In this document: positions 29,653 to 38,992 of the stretch, one piece after another
Layout: each line of letters begins with the position of its first letter
How positions within the stretch are numbered: the stretch's first letter is position 1
The notes under the pieces: model-generated
Databases searched by the model: none
Told to the model about the DNA's origin: nothing
What the model saw: the letters and a program-made list of their open reading frames with translations, nothing else
Translations under genes and position numbers: made by a program
Assembly (NCBI GenBank): GCA_913055805.1
Contig: CAJXLF010000006.1
Span: 1,735 to 65,734, forward strand
Length of the DNA stretch: 64,000 bases
Reading direction: 5' to 3'
DNA from: an uncultured Salinisphaerales bacterium
GTDB taxonomy: Bacteria; Pseudomonadota; Gammaproteobacteria; Nevskiales; CAJXLF01

Positions 29653-31542
29653 CTACGGCTGGGAAGGCGCGGAGGTATCAATGCGCCAGTGGAAGGTAAA
29701 GCTGCCCAACAGACGTCCGGCCTCTGCTTCATCGATACCCGAGAGGGTAACGACGTTGCCGAGCTTCGGATCGGCCTCAACCCGGACACGCGCCGATCCA
29801 TCCAGGGTTTCCTCGACGACGCGCTGTATTTCCAGGTGCTGCAAGGCCGGTTTGAAAATCTTGCCCACGGCGCTGAGCGGCAGCTGGTCGATAAGGTAAA
29901 TGCGTTTGGGGACAGCGGCACGCTCGCCGATGTGTTCGGCGGCAAAGGCCAGCAATTCCTCCTCCGTTGCTTCAGCACCTGCCTTAAGCTGAACATAGGC
30001 AACCGGAAGCTCGCCTACCCGGGCATCAGGCCTGCCCACTGCTGCCACCAGGGCAACCGCGGGATGCCTCGCCAGGGGCTCCTCGATGGCCTTTGGATCG
30101 ATGTTGTGTCCGCCACGGATGATCAGTTCCTTTTTGCGGCCGGTAAGCCAGAAATAGCCGTCGGCATCCTGCCGCCCGAGATCACCGGTGTTGAACCATT
30201 GCCGTCCGTCGCCGCAATCGACCCATGCACCTTTATTCTGTGCAGCTTCCAGATAGCCGGCAAAGACATTGGGTCCGGAAATCAGCAGCGCGCCGGGTTC
30301 ATCGACAGCGCAGGCGCGCAGGTAACGGCCCTGGTCATCCAGGATCGCAGCCTGCATTTCCTGCCAGGGCACGCGCATGCCAATGGAGCCCACCCTGCTT
30401 TCACCGTGGACAGGGTTGGCGGTACTCATGCAGCAGCCTTCGGTCAGCCCATAGCCTTCGACGATACGCACGTTGGTCTTCTGCTGGAACTGTTCGAACA
30501 GGGCCACCGACATCGGTGCCGCGCCACAAATACCGAATTCCAGCGATGACAGGTCATAACCGTCCATCGGCTGATTCAGCAGCTCGGCATAGATGGTTGG
30601 CACGGCGCTGAACAGCCGTACGCGGTATTGCGAGACGATCTTCCAGAAATTCTGAATAACGCCGGGACTGCGGTAGCCGCCCGGCGTGGCCAGAATCACA
30701 TGCCCGCCGCATGCCCAGAACATCAGACCCGTGACGATGACGGCGTTGACGTGGAAAAGCGGCAGTCCACAGAAGCCCACCGAGCCTTCGGTCACCAGTC
30801 CCAGGATACGCGCCTGCTCCGGATTCGCCAGTTCATTGCGATGCCGGCGCATGGCAATCTTCGGCAGGCCGGTCGTGCCGCCGGTGAGGAAGTAGGAAGC
30901 TATGTCTTCACGATCGAAGCGGCGTGGCTTCACCAATCGGTCCGCGGGTTGCGCTTCCATTGCAGCGACGAAGTTCAGGAGTCTCTGCGGGCCGGGATTG
31001 AGCTTCTCGACCGCAAGGGCTTCGACGCCCGATACATGAGACGCGGGATCGACAACCAGGATAGCCTGCAGCGTCGGCACCTCGTGACGCAGGCGTTCCA
31101 CCTTGCCCCAGATATCGAGGCCGGGAAACGGCCCCGCCGTGACCAGTACCTTGCTGCCTACCGCATTCATCAACGCGGCAATCTGATCGGGTTCGAGCAA
31201 CGGATTGATGGGATTGACGATGCCGGCGGCCTCGGCGCCCCAGATGGCGAAATGCGTTTCAGGAAGATTCGGCATCAGAAGGGACACTACGTCCTCGGAG
31301 CCGACTCCCAGCGAGGTCAGTGCGTTGGCAACCTGGGTAACCTTGCCGAACAATTGCTGATAGCTATAGGTCTCGGCATCCGTGTAACGCTCGGCGTCGA
31401 CAAAGAACGTCAGGGCCGGCTTGTCTCCCCATTGTTCCGCGCCGCGCCGGAACAACTCGTAAGTGCTCTCGGGCAACCGGGAAGGCTCGTAGGGTAGCTC
31501 CCGTTCGGCCCGCTCGATGTCTGCCAGGTTTGCAATACTCAT
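29653..31542 (-). CDS. Acyl-CoA synthetase (AMP-forming)
   Basis: It has the AMP-binding motif YFLTGGTTGLPKIA, plus GYGLTE and TGDLG. Confidence 0.85.
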   Translation of the reverse strand: MSIANLADIERAERELPYEPSRLPESTYELFRRGAEQWGDKPALTFFVDAERYTDAETYSYQQLFGKVTQVANALTSLGVGSEDVVSLLMPNLPETHFAIWGAEAAGIVNPINPLLEPDQIAALMNAVGSKVLVTAGPFPGLDIWGKVERLRHEVPTLQAILVVDPASHVSGVEALAVEKLNPGPQRLLNFVAAMEAQPADRLVKPRRFDREDIASYFLTGGTTGLPKIAMRRHRNELANPEQARILGLVTEGSVGFCGLPLFHVNAVIVTGLMFWACGGHVILATPGGYRSPGVIQNFWKIVSQYRVRLFSAVPTIYAELLNQPMDGYDLSSLEFGICGAAPMSVALFEQFQQKTNVRIVEGYGLTEGCCMSTANPVHGESRVGSIGMRVPWQEMQAAILDDQGRYLRACAVDEPGALLISGPNVFAGYLEAAQNKGAWVDCGDGRQWFNTGDLGRQDADGYFWLTGRKKELIIRGGHNIDPKAIEEPLARHPAVALVAAVGRPDARVGELPVAYVQLKAGAEATEEELLAFAAEHIGERAAVPKRIYLIDQLPLSAVGKIFKPALQHLEIQRVVEETLDGSARVRVEADPKLGNVVTLSGIDEAEAGRLLGSFTFHWRIDTSAPSQP

Positions 31543-32006
31543 ACGGTCTCCTGCTTTTGCCCGTTTCCGATACGCAGCCGTTGCAGAAGGCGTTGAAAGC
31601 CCAGACGCTGCAGTTCCAGAGCCTCAGTGAAATAGAGGGCCGCCAGTGCCTCGCCGTAGAACCGCACGCGGCCATTTTCGTTGGCGCGCAACAGTTCGGT
31701 ACGGTCAGGGTGCGGCAAGGCAAAAACCGCGTCCGCCGCCTGCACCCAGACTTGCTCAAAGTCCGGTGACGGATGAACGCTCGCCCGCGAAGAAAAGCGA
31801 CCCGCCTGAAAGACAAAGTGCCGGCATACCCGGCCGTCTTCCGTACGCACCTGCAGCACCCACCGACCCTCTTTCAGGTGCTCACGGAATGCCGGATTGA
31901 ACCAACTGTTGAGACGCAGGGCGATCGCCAGCCCGGCCAGCATCATTGACAGGCGCCGGCTGTTTGACGTCAGGGAATCGTGGCCAGTGTTGTTGAACTC
32001 AGACAT
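31539..32006 (-). CDS. Small protein, possibly an SCP2-like ligand-binding fold
   Basis: It is translationally coupled on both sides (ATGTCTGA overlap upstream, 4-nt overlap downstream). A weak SCP2-like pattern is WVLQVRTEDG...FVFQAG...GRVRFYGEALAAL. The function is uncertain. Confidence 0.4.
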   Translation of the reverse strand: MSEFNNTGHDSLTSNSRRLSMMLAGLAIALRLNSWFNPAFREHLKEGRWVLQVRTEDGRVCRHFVFQAGRFSSRASVHPSPDFEQVWVQAADAVFALPHPDRTELLRANENGRVRFYGEALAALYFTEALELQRLGFQRLLQRLRIGNGQKQETV

Positions 32007-33642
32007 GACGCGCTCCGCGAACACGGTCAATCAATTGCAGTGGATCGTCCGGCAGGGCGTTGCCGCGCCAGGCGACGAATTCGTCAGGCCGCACCAGTAC
32101 ATAATCCGCCGCATACACGTCGCGCGCGTAGGGCTCGGCAAGCCGCAACAGCTTCATCGGCACGCCGCGCTGCTTCGCCGCCGCCTGCAGGCTTGCGGTA
32201 TCTCCGCCCTTGGCAGAAAGATCCAGCAGCGTGAAGCCTTCACGGTCGAGCAGATCGAAAACAGCCTCGCCGTCTTCGCGCAACAGGCTCGGCAGGCGCG
32301 CGCCTGCCCTTGTTGTCGGCCGGTATTCCACGTGATCGTAGAACGGCAACGGATCGTTGCCGGCGTCAATGATCGGGGAGTTACCATCCCGGTCATTGGC
32401 GTAGCAGTACCCAAACTCCGCACCCCAGGCGTTATAAAGCCGCTCGATACGAGGAGCGCGTTCTTCAATCGGTTCGCGCACATGCGGCCCCTCGTTCTCG
32501 CCGTGCATCATGCCCAGCACGGCCGCCGCGCAAAGCCGCACATGGTCACGGGCGGCCACGGCGACGGGCTGACGCTCGATGCCGTAGCTCTCGAGCAGGG
32601 CATCTCCGCCCCAGCCCTTGACCATGGCCACCAGTTTCCAGGCCAGGTTGTAAGCCTCGGAAAGCCCGGTATTCAGGCCCATGCCGCCTGTGGGCATATA
32701 CTGGTGGCCGGCATCGCCCACAATCCAGATGCGCCCGCGCCCGTAGGATTCAGCAACAATGAACTGCGGCTTCCATACACTGCTCAGGAGTATCTCCTGA
32801 TCGATGTCCGGATCCTGGATGAACTCCTGTACCAGGGCGTGCAGATCCTGTCCCTCGGCGGGTGGCACCCCCTTGTGCACCACATAGTCTTCGCCACCGT
32901 TGGGATTGACGAATATTGCGCGCCAGTGCGGATTGATTGACCAGACGTGCCAGGGCGGGATGCCGTCCACGAACTTATTCTGCAGCGCCTTGCTGCGCAG
33001 ATGGATGGTAAAGATTTCGCCAACCAGGTCTCGCAGTCCCAGGTATTCGACACCCAGCCTGCGGCGGGTAATCGACTCCGGGCCGTCGCAGCCGGCCAGA
33101 TACTGTCCGATAACCGTGCGCTGTTCACCGCTCTTGACGTTCTCGGCATGCACGGTTACACAACCGGCCTGCTCCTCAATGTCATGCACTTCCCATCCGA
33201 ACAGGATTTCGCATAACGGGTGAGCATCCACGGCAGCCTTGAGTACCGGCTCCAGGCGCATCTGCGATATCCGGTGCATGGGCTCCAGTGGATAGCTGCC
33301 GTCACGGCCATGATCTTTGATGATCTCGCGGCTGCGCAGCGTGCTGCCCATCAGCATGGTTTCGTCATCGAATTTCCAGACCGGTTCGCCTGCATAACTA
33401 CGCGCCACGTGAACGGCCTGATGCTGATTGAGGGGGTTGCCCGCTGCGCGCACCGCATCGCTGATGCCCAGACGCCGGAATATCTCCAGCGTGCGCGGGT
33501 TGATCACATCGAGCCGCGGATGTGTCGTTGTGCCTTCGCGATTATTGAAAAGGACACTGCGCACACCCTGTTGAGCAAGCGCAAGCGCGAGGGTCATGCC
33601 AACGGGACCGCCGCCGACAATGATCACTGGAATGGTTTTCAT
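31999..33642 (-). CDS. FAD-dependent aromatic-ring monooxygenase
   Basis: ORF 31999..33771, trimmed to MKTIPVIIVGGGPVGMT (33642, GGAGA SD). It has GDAGHQYMPTGGMGLNTGLSEAYNLAWKL. Confidence 0.85.
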   Translation of the reverse strand: MKTIPVIIVGGGPVGMTLALALAQQGVRSVLFNNREGTTTHPRLDVINPRTLEIFRRLGISDAVRAAGNPLNQHQAVHVARSYAGEPVWKFDDETMLMGSTLRSREIIKDHGRDGSYPLEPMHRISQMRLEPVLKAAVDAHPLCEILFGWEVHDIEEQAGCVTVHAENVKSGEQRTVIGQYLAGCDGPESITRRRLGVEYLGLRDLVGEIFTIHLRSKALQNKFVDGIPPWHVWSINPHWRAIFVNPNGGEDYVVHKGVPPAEGQDLHALVQEFIQDPDIDQEILLSSVWKPQFIVAESYGRGRIWIVGDAGHQYMPTGGMGLNTGLSEAYNLAWKLVAMVKGWGGDALLESYGIERQPVAVAARDHVRLCAAAVLGMMHGENEGPHVREPIEERAPRIERLYNAWGAEFGYCYANDRDGNSPIIDAGNDPLPFYDHVEYRPTTRAGARLPSLLREDGEAVFDLLDREGFTLLDLSAKGGDTASLQAAAKQRGVPMKLLRLAEPYARDVYAADYVLVRPDEFVAWRGNALPDDPLQLIDRVRGARHV

Positions 33643-33670
33643 GGCTGTCTCCGCCTTCTCTTGCTTCTTT

Positions 33671-34765
33671 CTATAGCCAGGGCCGCGCGGGCTTTCGCAC
33701 CACCCGTAACATCGCGCCCAGCCTGCGCCTGCCGCTTTCGTCGCCTGTGAGCAGCCGCAACAGGGCGCCAAACATTTTCAGACTCGGCTCCAGACCGAAG
33801 CCTTTCGGCAAATCCATGCCCCAGGTCCATATCCCTGCGAACTCGAAATTGGAATACTGGGTTGGATAATCGGCGGTAAACAGGTCGCCATCGGCGTAGT
33901 GCTCCATGATGTGCCCGTCCGGGTCCTTCCAGTAGTCGAAAAGCTGGCTACCCAGCCGATGACGGCCGATACCCCACATATGCTTGTAACCGGCGGCCTT
34001 GAGCACCTGCTGCCCCTGGCCGATGGCGTCCACGTCGATAACTTCGTAAGCGCTGTGGTCGTAATGCGCCAGCAACCCCGTGGCAACCACGAGCGAATGA
34101 TGGTCTGCCGGCTTGTCACCACGATCCAGCCGCAGAAAAGTCAGCATCGGCTCACCGTTATCCAGGTACTGGACATCCGTGGGAATCAGGCCCAGATGGC
34201 GCATGTACCACTGAATCGTTTCAACCGATTTCGGCGTCTGCATGACGAGGTGCCCGAGACGGACAATCTGGGACGGTTTCAGCGGCGGCCGGGCCGGCTG
34301 GTTCACGCGGACCTGATCGAAAGGCGTGTTGATACGGTAGGCTTGCTGGCGTGTATCCATGGGCCGGGCATTCTGCTGGCCGTTAATAACCTCCACGACA
34401 AAGCCATTGGGATCAGTGAGGCGCACGGACTCACCGCCGCCCGGCGTAGCCAGGGGCGTGATTGGCACCCCCGTGGCCTCGGAGAGCGCAACCAGATCGC
34501 TACGCTGCAGAACCGCAAACGCCGAACCGACGAAGCGCGCCTTCTTCCCCTGCGTGGCGATATAACACACAGGCGCCTCACCGGCACCGCGTGCATACAG
34601 GGTCTTTTCGTTCTTCATCTCAACGCGGAATCCGAAGTTCCGCAGGAAACTTGCCTGGCGAGCGAGATCCGGCTTTTCAAAATACAGCCAGGCCAGGCGA
34701 TCCGCCTTGACGATGGGCTCGGGGCGCGTGATGGGTTTCTCGCCCGGTAGGTTATTGCTCAGCAT
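33671..34765 (-). CDS. VOC (glyoxalase/extradiol dioxygenase-like) family protein, two-module
   Basis: ORF 33671..34924, trimmed to MLSNNLPGEK (34765). It has repeated beta-alpha-beta-beta-beta modules (LAWLYFEK..FGF and LGHLVMQ..MRHLGL). Confidence 0.65.
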   Translation of the reverse strand: MLSNNLPGEKPITRPEPIVKADRLAWLYFEKPDLARQASFLRNFGFRVEMKNEKTLYARGAGEAPVCYIATQGKKARFVGSAFAVLQRSDLVALSEATGVPITPLATPGGGESVRLTDPNGFVVEVINGQQNARPMDTRQQAYRINTPFDQVRVNQPARPPLKPSQIVRLGHLVMQTPKSVETIQWYMRHLGLIPTDVQYLDNGEPMLTFLRLDRGDKPADHHSLVVATGLLAHYDHSAYEVIDVDAIGQGQQVLKAAGYKHMWGIGRHRLGSQLFDYWKDPDGHIMEHYADGDLFTADYPTQYSNFEFAGIWTWGMDLPKGFGLEPSLKMFGALLRLLTGDESGRRRLGAMLRVVRKPARPWL

Positions 34766-34772
34766 GGGAACC

Positions 34773-34982
34773 TCACACCAGATCCTGCTGGTTAATACCG
34801 AAAAGCCAGGCCACTGCCGGGCGCAGCCCCCCGGGTAAGTTACGAATACGGCAACCGCAGACAACCAGTCGTGCGACAGTGCCACGGCCCTGATGTTCGT
34901 ACTGCAGGTGTGCGAGAGCATCAAGGATCATTGCCAACACCGGTGCGCGATAATCTGCGGAGGAATGTGTGGGGGAATGCAT
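34773..34982 (-). CDS. Possible 69-aa leader/small protein
   Basis: It has a strong SD (GGAGAGAGAC then ATG), host-like codon bias, and stops 8 nt before the VOC start. There is no family match. Confidence 0.3.
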   Translation of the reverse strand: MHSPTHSSADYRAPVLAMILDALAHLQYEHQGRGTVARLVVCGCRIRNLPGGLRPAVAWLFGINQQDLV

Positions 34983-35024
34983 GTCTCTCTCCTATTTATT
35001 TCTACAGTTGTATAATTATTAGCA

Positions 35025-35053
35025 CATGATTTGTTTAATTTCAACAACTGATG
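35025..35053. promoter_or_regulatory. Imperfect 13-nt inverted repeat in the AT-rich promoter region
   Basis: CATGATTTGTTTA-att-TCAACAACTGATG, with arms matching 10/13. On the minus strand it overlaps a TTGAAA-N17-TAATAA sigma70-like promoter. Confidence 0.25.
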
Positions 35054-35132
35054 AATTTAATCATAACCCGCTTTTCCTGTCGTGCGACACACCCACCTGA
35101 TCCACTCCGAAAAACAATAACCCGCATGATGT

Positions 35133-35723
35133 CTATCCAGTTACAAGGTGCTCGTAATCTTCCGGCGTATCGATGTCCACCGATGCCTCCGGCATTGCCA
35201 CAAGTATGAGCTGATGCATATATTGCGCGAGCAATCGTTTTGCACCTTCTGCTCCTGTCAGCTTCTTCAACTCTGTGTAATAGCGATGCGGAAATATGCA
35301 GGGCGGCCCCAGGGCCCTGCCATGGTCGGATGCGGCGATCCGTTCCGGATTTGAACGGTGTGCGCCGATGAGGCGTTGCAACTGGTTTGCGCCAACCAGC
35401 GGCTGGTCCGCGAGGCAGATAATGGTTGCCTCAGGCGGTCTGGCCAACTCCGCCATATATCCGATACCGCAGGCAATTGAGGCGCCCATGCCCGCTTCCC
35501 AGTTCGGGTTGTGAAGCAGGGTTAACGGCATTCCTGCCAGTTCCTGCGCTACTTCATCGGCATAGGCGCCGGTTACCACCACAGTTTCAGCGGCAACGGC
35601 GAGTCCGGCCTGGGCCGCCCGGCGAACCAGTGATACGCCATCCAGTGACAAACATTGTTTGGCACTACCGAAGCGAGTGGCGTTGCCTGCAGCCAGTAAC
35701 AAGGTGCTTAGCGGGATGGACAT
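35133..35723 (-). CDS. MobA/MocA-like molybdenum cofactor nucleotidyltransferase
   Basis: It has the LLLAAGNATRFG signature and is 196 aa long. It lies downstream of xdhC. Confidence 0.75.
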   Translation of the reverse strand: MSIPLSTLLLAAGNATRFGSAKQCLSLDGVSLVRRAAQAGLAVAAETVVVTGAYADEVAQELAGMPLTLLHNPNWEAGMGASIACGIGYMAELARPPEATIICLADQPLVGANQLQRLIGAHRSNPERIAASDHGRALGPPCIFPHRYYTELKKLTGAEGAKRLLAQYMHQLILVAMPEASVDIDTPEDYEHLVTG

Positions 35724-35738
35724 GGATATCGCGTCCGG

Positions 35739-36833
35739 CTAATGAATAGGCCCGTCCAACTCGCTGAGCGCCCTGCCCTGGCGGCTTGAATTGACGGCAA
35801 GAATCTCGGCGGCGATGGACAAGGCAATCTCCTCCGGCGTTTCCGAGCCGATATCCAGGCCAGCGGGCGCATGCAACTGGGGAGGGCCGAGACCCGTGGC
35901 CTCACAGATCCTCGCTGCCCGGGTTCGGGATCCCATGGTACCCAGGTAACTCACCGGCGTGTCCGTCAGGGATTTCAGATAGGTAATATCGGTATCGAGT
36001 TTGTGCGTCATGACCACCACGGAACTGTATTCGTCCAGCACGATGCCACGACCGATTTCCTCCGGACGCAGGTGCTTTATCCTTGCTCCGGAGGGCAGTT
36101 GGGACGGAGAGATATCAAGACCGCGGTGATCCACGATCGTAACCAGCCAGCCGAGCTGCATCCCAATCTGGGCAAGCGCACGGGAAACCGCGTTGACGCC
36201 CACCAGCACCAGCATATGGGGCGGCTGGAGCTTCTCGATCAAAACATCCATGACGCCACTCTGGGTATCGATACAGGTTGCCGCCTTGGGCAAATCACCC
36301 TTCATCGTCACTTCGACAATGGCATCGGTGAGCGGCTCATCGCCGATTTCATCTGCCTCGACCCGGCCGGTCCAGAACAACCGTCGCGGCCTCGGAGCCA
36401 GGCACTCTCCATTACGGGCAAACAGGGTTGCAAGGTATCCGGGCTTTCGCGCATTGAGGTTCTGCTCTACCGCGAACAGGAACTTCAGGTCCGCGGCGCA
36501 ATTCAGGGGCTCGATCAGCACCTCAATGTCGCCCCCGCAGCCCATTTCAACCATGGGGTCAAAAACGTTGTTGCTGTTGTAGCGCACAATTCGGGGGGTA
36601 TCGCTGGCAATGATATCGGCAGCGCGGGCTGCGATATCGGCTTCCGGACAACCTCCGGAGAGCCCGCGTACGACCGTGCCATCGCCGAATACCAGCATGC
36701 GCGCACCCGGCCGGCGGAAGGTCGAGCCACGGCTTCTGGTGAGCGTCGCCAGTGCGGCTCCACCGGCAAAGCCGGAGGCCTCCAGCCGGCGCATTCCAGA
36801 CAACAATGGCGCAAACTCCTGGGGCGAATTCAT
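35739..36833 (-). CDS. XdhC/CoxI family molybdoenzyme maturation protein
   Basis: It has the two-domain XdhC pattern: an N-terminal GSTFRRPGARMLV and a Rossmann-like LVLVGVNAVSRAL. Confidence 0.8.
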   Translation of the reverse strand: MNSPQEFAPLLSGMRRLEASGFAGGAALATLTRSRGSTFRRPGARMLVFGDGTVVRGLSGGCPEADIAARAADIIASDTPRIVRYNSNNVFDPMVEMGCGGDIEVLIEPLNCAADLKFLFAVEQNLNARKPGYLATLFARNGECLAPRPRRLFWTGRVEADEIGDEPLTDAIVEVTMKGDLPKAATCIDTQSGVMDVLIEKLQPPHMLVLVGVNAVSRALAQIGMQLGWLVTIVDHRGLDISPSQLPSGARIKHLRPEEIGRGIVLDEYSSVVVMTHKLDTDITYLKSLTDTPVSYLGTMGSRTRAARICEATGLGPPQLHAPAGLDIGSETPEEIALSIAAEILAVNSSRQGRALSELDGPIH

Positions 36834-36927
36834 GGATTCATTTCAAGGAGCAAGATCAGACCGACGGCCCTTGCTACTAAAGGTATCGAGTGAGTCATAC
36901 GGTAGTTTTTAGCAGCGAAAAAATATA

Positions 36928-36947
36928 GTGAGAAATGCTTTTCTCAC
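36928..36947. promoter_or_regulatory. Perfect 8-bp inverted repeat GTGAGAAA-tgct-TTTCTCAC
   Basis: It lies in the divergent region between xdhC (minus) and the sulfatase (plus). It could be an operator or a hairpin. Confidence 0.3.
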
Positions 36948-37051
36948 ATGATTGAGAGGATATTTCGGTATCGTCCAAACAGATGACTTACTGGCGAGCC
37001 GTTTCTGACACCTTATGGCTGATAACTATCAGGGAGACAATGGGGTGTTTC

Positions 37052-38992
37052 ATGGCCATTGATTTAAGTAGACGGGCGGTGCTGGCCGGTATTGCCTCCG
37101 CCATCGGCACTTCGCTGATTGGTTGCGACCCGGACTCCCGTTCCAGGAACCGTAACCCAAATCATGGCGGCAGCAGTGAGCAACCCAATATCCTGGTACT
37201 GCTGGCCGATGACCCGGGACCACAGTTCTTCGGCGCCTATGGCGACGCCCTGGCCTCCACGCCCAATGTCGACCGTCTCGCTAATGACGGCATCCTGTTC
37301 AAGAACTTTTTCGCCACTTCGCCGGTCTGCGCCCCGACACGCTTCGGCATCCTCACGGGCATGCACGCGGAGAGCTGCGGCCCCGCCCACCACATGCGCG
37401 CCGAGGGTAAAATCCCGGACTGGCTGATGGGCTTCCCCGGCTATCTGCAAGAGACCGGCTACTGGACCAGCTATACCGGCAAGGAAGATTACAACGCGGA
37501 TTTCACGGAGCGGGCCGGCTACGATGCAACCAACGCCAACCCGATTGGCAACTTCTTTGAATCCTTTGAGCCCCCTTGGAACGCACGTCCGGAAGGTGCG
37601 CCGTTCTTCTCATTCGTGAACTACGTCACCTGCCACGAATTTTCCGGCTTCGTGCCCCGGCCGGTACTTGTTCTGCCCACACAGGTTGAGGTGCCACCCT
37701 ACCTGCCTGACTCCCTGCTGCAGCGCACCCAGCTCGCCGGCTATTACAACAATGTTGCCCAGACGGATATTGAAATCGGCCTGACCCTGGATCAGCTCAC
37801 GGCGGATGGCCTGTTCGAGGACACCATCATCATCTTCTTCTCCGACCACGGCGGCATCCTGCCGCGCAGTAAACGCTTCTGCTACGACAGCGGCTGCCGT
37901 GTGCCCATGATCATGCGCTTCCCCGAGAAGTGGCAGCATCTGGCGCCGGCCGCACCCGGCACGGTCATCGACGAACCGGCCACCACGGTGGATATCGGCC
38001 CCACCGTGCTGTCGCTGGCCGGACTGAGTATTCCCGACTATATGCATGGGCAGGCCTTTGCCGGGCCGCAGCGCCGCATCCGCAAATACGCCTTTGCCGG
38101 CCGTAATCGCATGGACGAGCGCTATGATTTCATCCGCAGTGTGCGCAGCGCCCGCTTCCGTTATATCCGCAACTACCTGCCGCAGCTGATCTACGGCCAG
38201 CATGTGGCCTTCATGTGGATGCTGCCCGCCTACCGCGACTGGGAACTGCAATGGACGTTGGGTCTGCTCAACGAAGAACAGTCCCGCTTCTGGATGGAGA
38301 AGCCTGCCGAGGAACTCTACGATCTGGAAAGCGACCCGGATGAGGTCCGCAACCTGATTGACGATCCGGCCTATTCCGAAGTTACAGAGGAATTGCGTGA
38401 CGCCCTGAATCTGCACATGGTGTCGATTCACGACAACGGCTTTATCCCCGAGGGGGCGACGGCCGAGGGTTTCGATCAAAGCCGGGCCGCGGGCGCCTAT
38501 CCCCTCATGCAGGTCATGTCACTGGCCGAACTCGCCACCCGCCGCGACCCGCAGTGGTTGCCGGTATTCCAGAATCACATGAGCCATGAGAATGAAGTCA
38601 TGCGTTTCTGGGCGGTGATGGGCGCCATCATGCTGGGCCAGGAAGCCGTTCCCCTGGCCGACAGCCTGCAACAACTGTTTTCAAATGATGAAACGATTCA
38701 TGTGCGCATCGCGGCGGCTGAAGCCCTGGTACGGGTCGGCCAGGCGGGTGATGCGGTGCAGTTCCTGGCGGACACTTTCAAGGGCACACAGCCGAAAAGC
38801 GTACGCCTGCAGGCCATCAACGCCCTGACCAACATCGGCAATGCCGCCCAGCCGGCCTTGGTCGACATCACGCTGGTTGCCGTCACCGAACAGGACATCG
38901 ATTTGCGTAATGCAGCTCTCTATTTGAGCCAGGTACTGAGCGGTACCTATACGCCGCTGACCACTGTTTACGCAGGTGTGCCATTTGCCTAG
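37052..38992 (+). CDS. Cys-type sulfatase with Tat/lipoprotein-like signal and C-terminal HEAT-like repeats
   Basis: It has the FGly motif SPVCAPTRFGILTG. The N-terminus is MAIDLSRRAVLAGIASAIGTSLIGC (twin-Arg plus LIGC). The C-terminus has VRIAAAEALVRVG and AINALTNIG repeats. The start could instead be 37040 or 36983. Confidence 0.85.
   Translation: MAIDLSRRAVLAGIASAIGTSLIGCDPDSRSRNRNPNHGGSSEQPNILVLLADDPGPQFFGAYGDALASTPNVDRLANDGILFKNFFATSPVCAPTRFGILTGMHAESCGPAHHMRAEGKIPDWLMGFPGYLQETGYWTSYTGKEDYNADFTERAGYDATNANPIGNFFESFEPPWNARPEGAPFFSFVNYVTCHEFSGFVPRPVLVLPTQVEVPPYLPDSLLQRTQLAGYYNNVAQTDIEIGLTLDQLTADGLFEDTIIIFFSDHGGILPRSKRFCYDSGCRVPMIMRFPEKWQHLAPAAPGTVIDEPATTVDIGPTVLSLAGLSIPDYMHGQAFAGPQRRIRKYAFAGRNRMDERYDFIRSVRSARFRYIRNYLPQLIYGQHVAFMWMLPAYRDWELQWTLGLLNEEQSRFWMEKPAEELYDLESDPDEVRNLIDDPAYSEVTEELRDALNLHMVSIHDNGFIPEGATAEGFDQSRAAGAYPLMQVMSLAELATRRDPQWLPVFQNHMSHENEVMRFWAVMGAIMLGQEAVPLADSLQQLFSNDETIHVRIAAAEALVRVGQAGDAVQFLADTFKGTQPKSVRLQAINALTNIGNAAQPALVDITLVAVTEQDIDLRNAALYLSQVLSGTYTPLTTVYAGVPFA

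Noticed and set aside
4334-38479. Long antisense or out-of-frame ORFs inside confidently assigned genes. Examples are 4334..5227 plus, 9149..10048 plus, 14111..14926 minus, 15141..15893 minus and 16143..17018 minus. Others are 29185..30549 plus, 31897..32940 plus, 35871..36893 plus and 37610..38479 minus. The same applies to 61749..62600 plus.
   Set aside because: These are shadow ORFs typical of high-GC DNA. Each lies entirely within a gene carrying clear family motifs on the other strand or frame, and their translations are low-complexity and Arg/Gly/Pro-rich.
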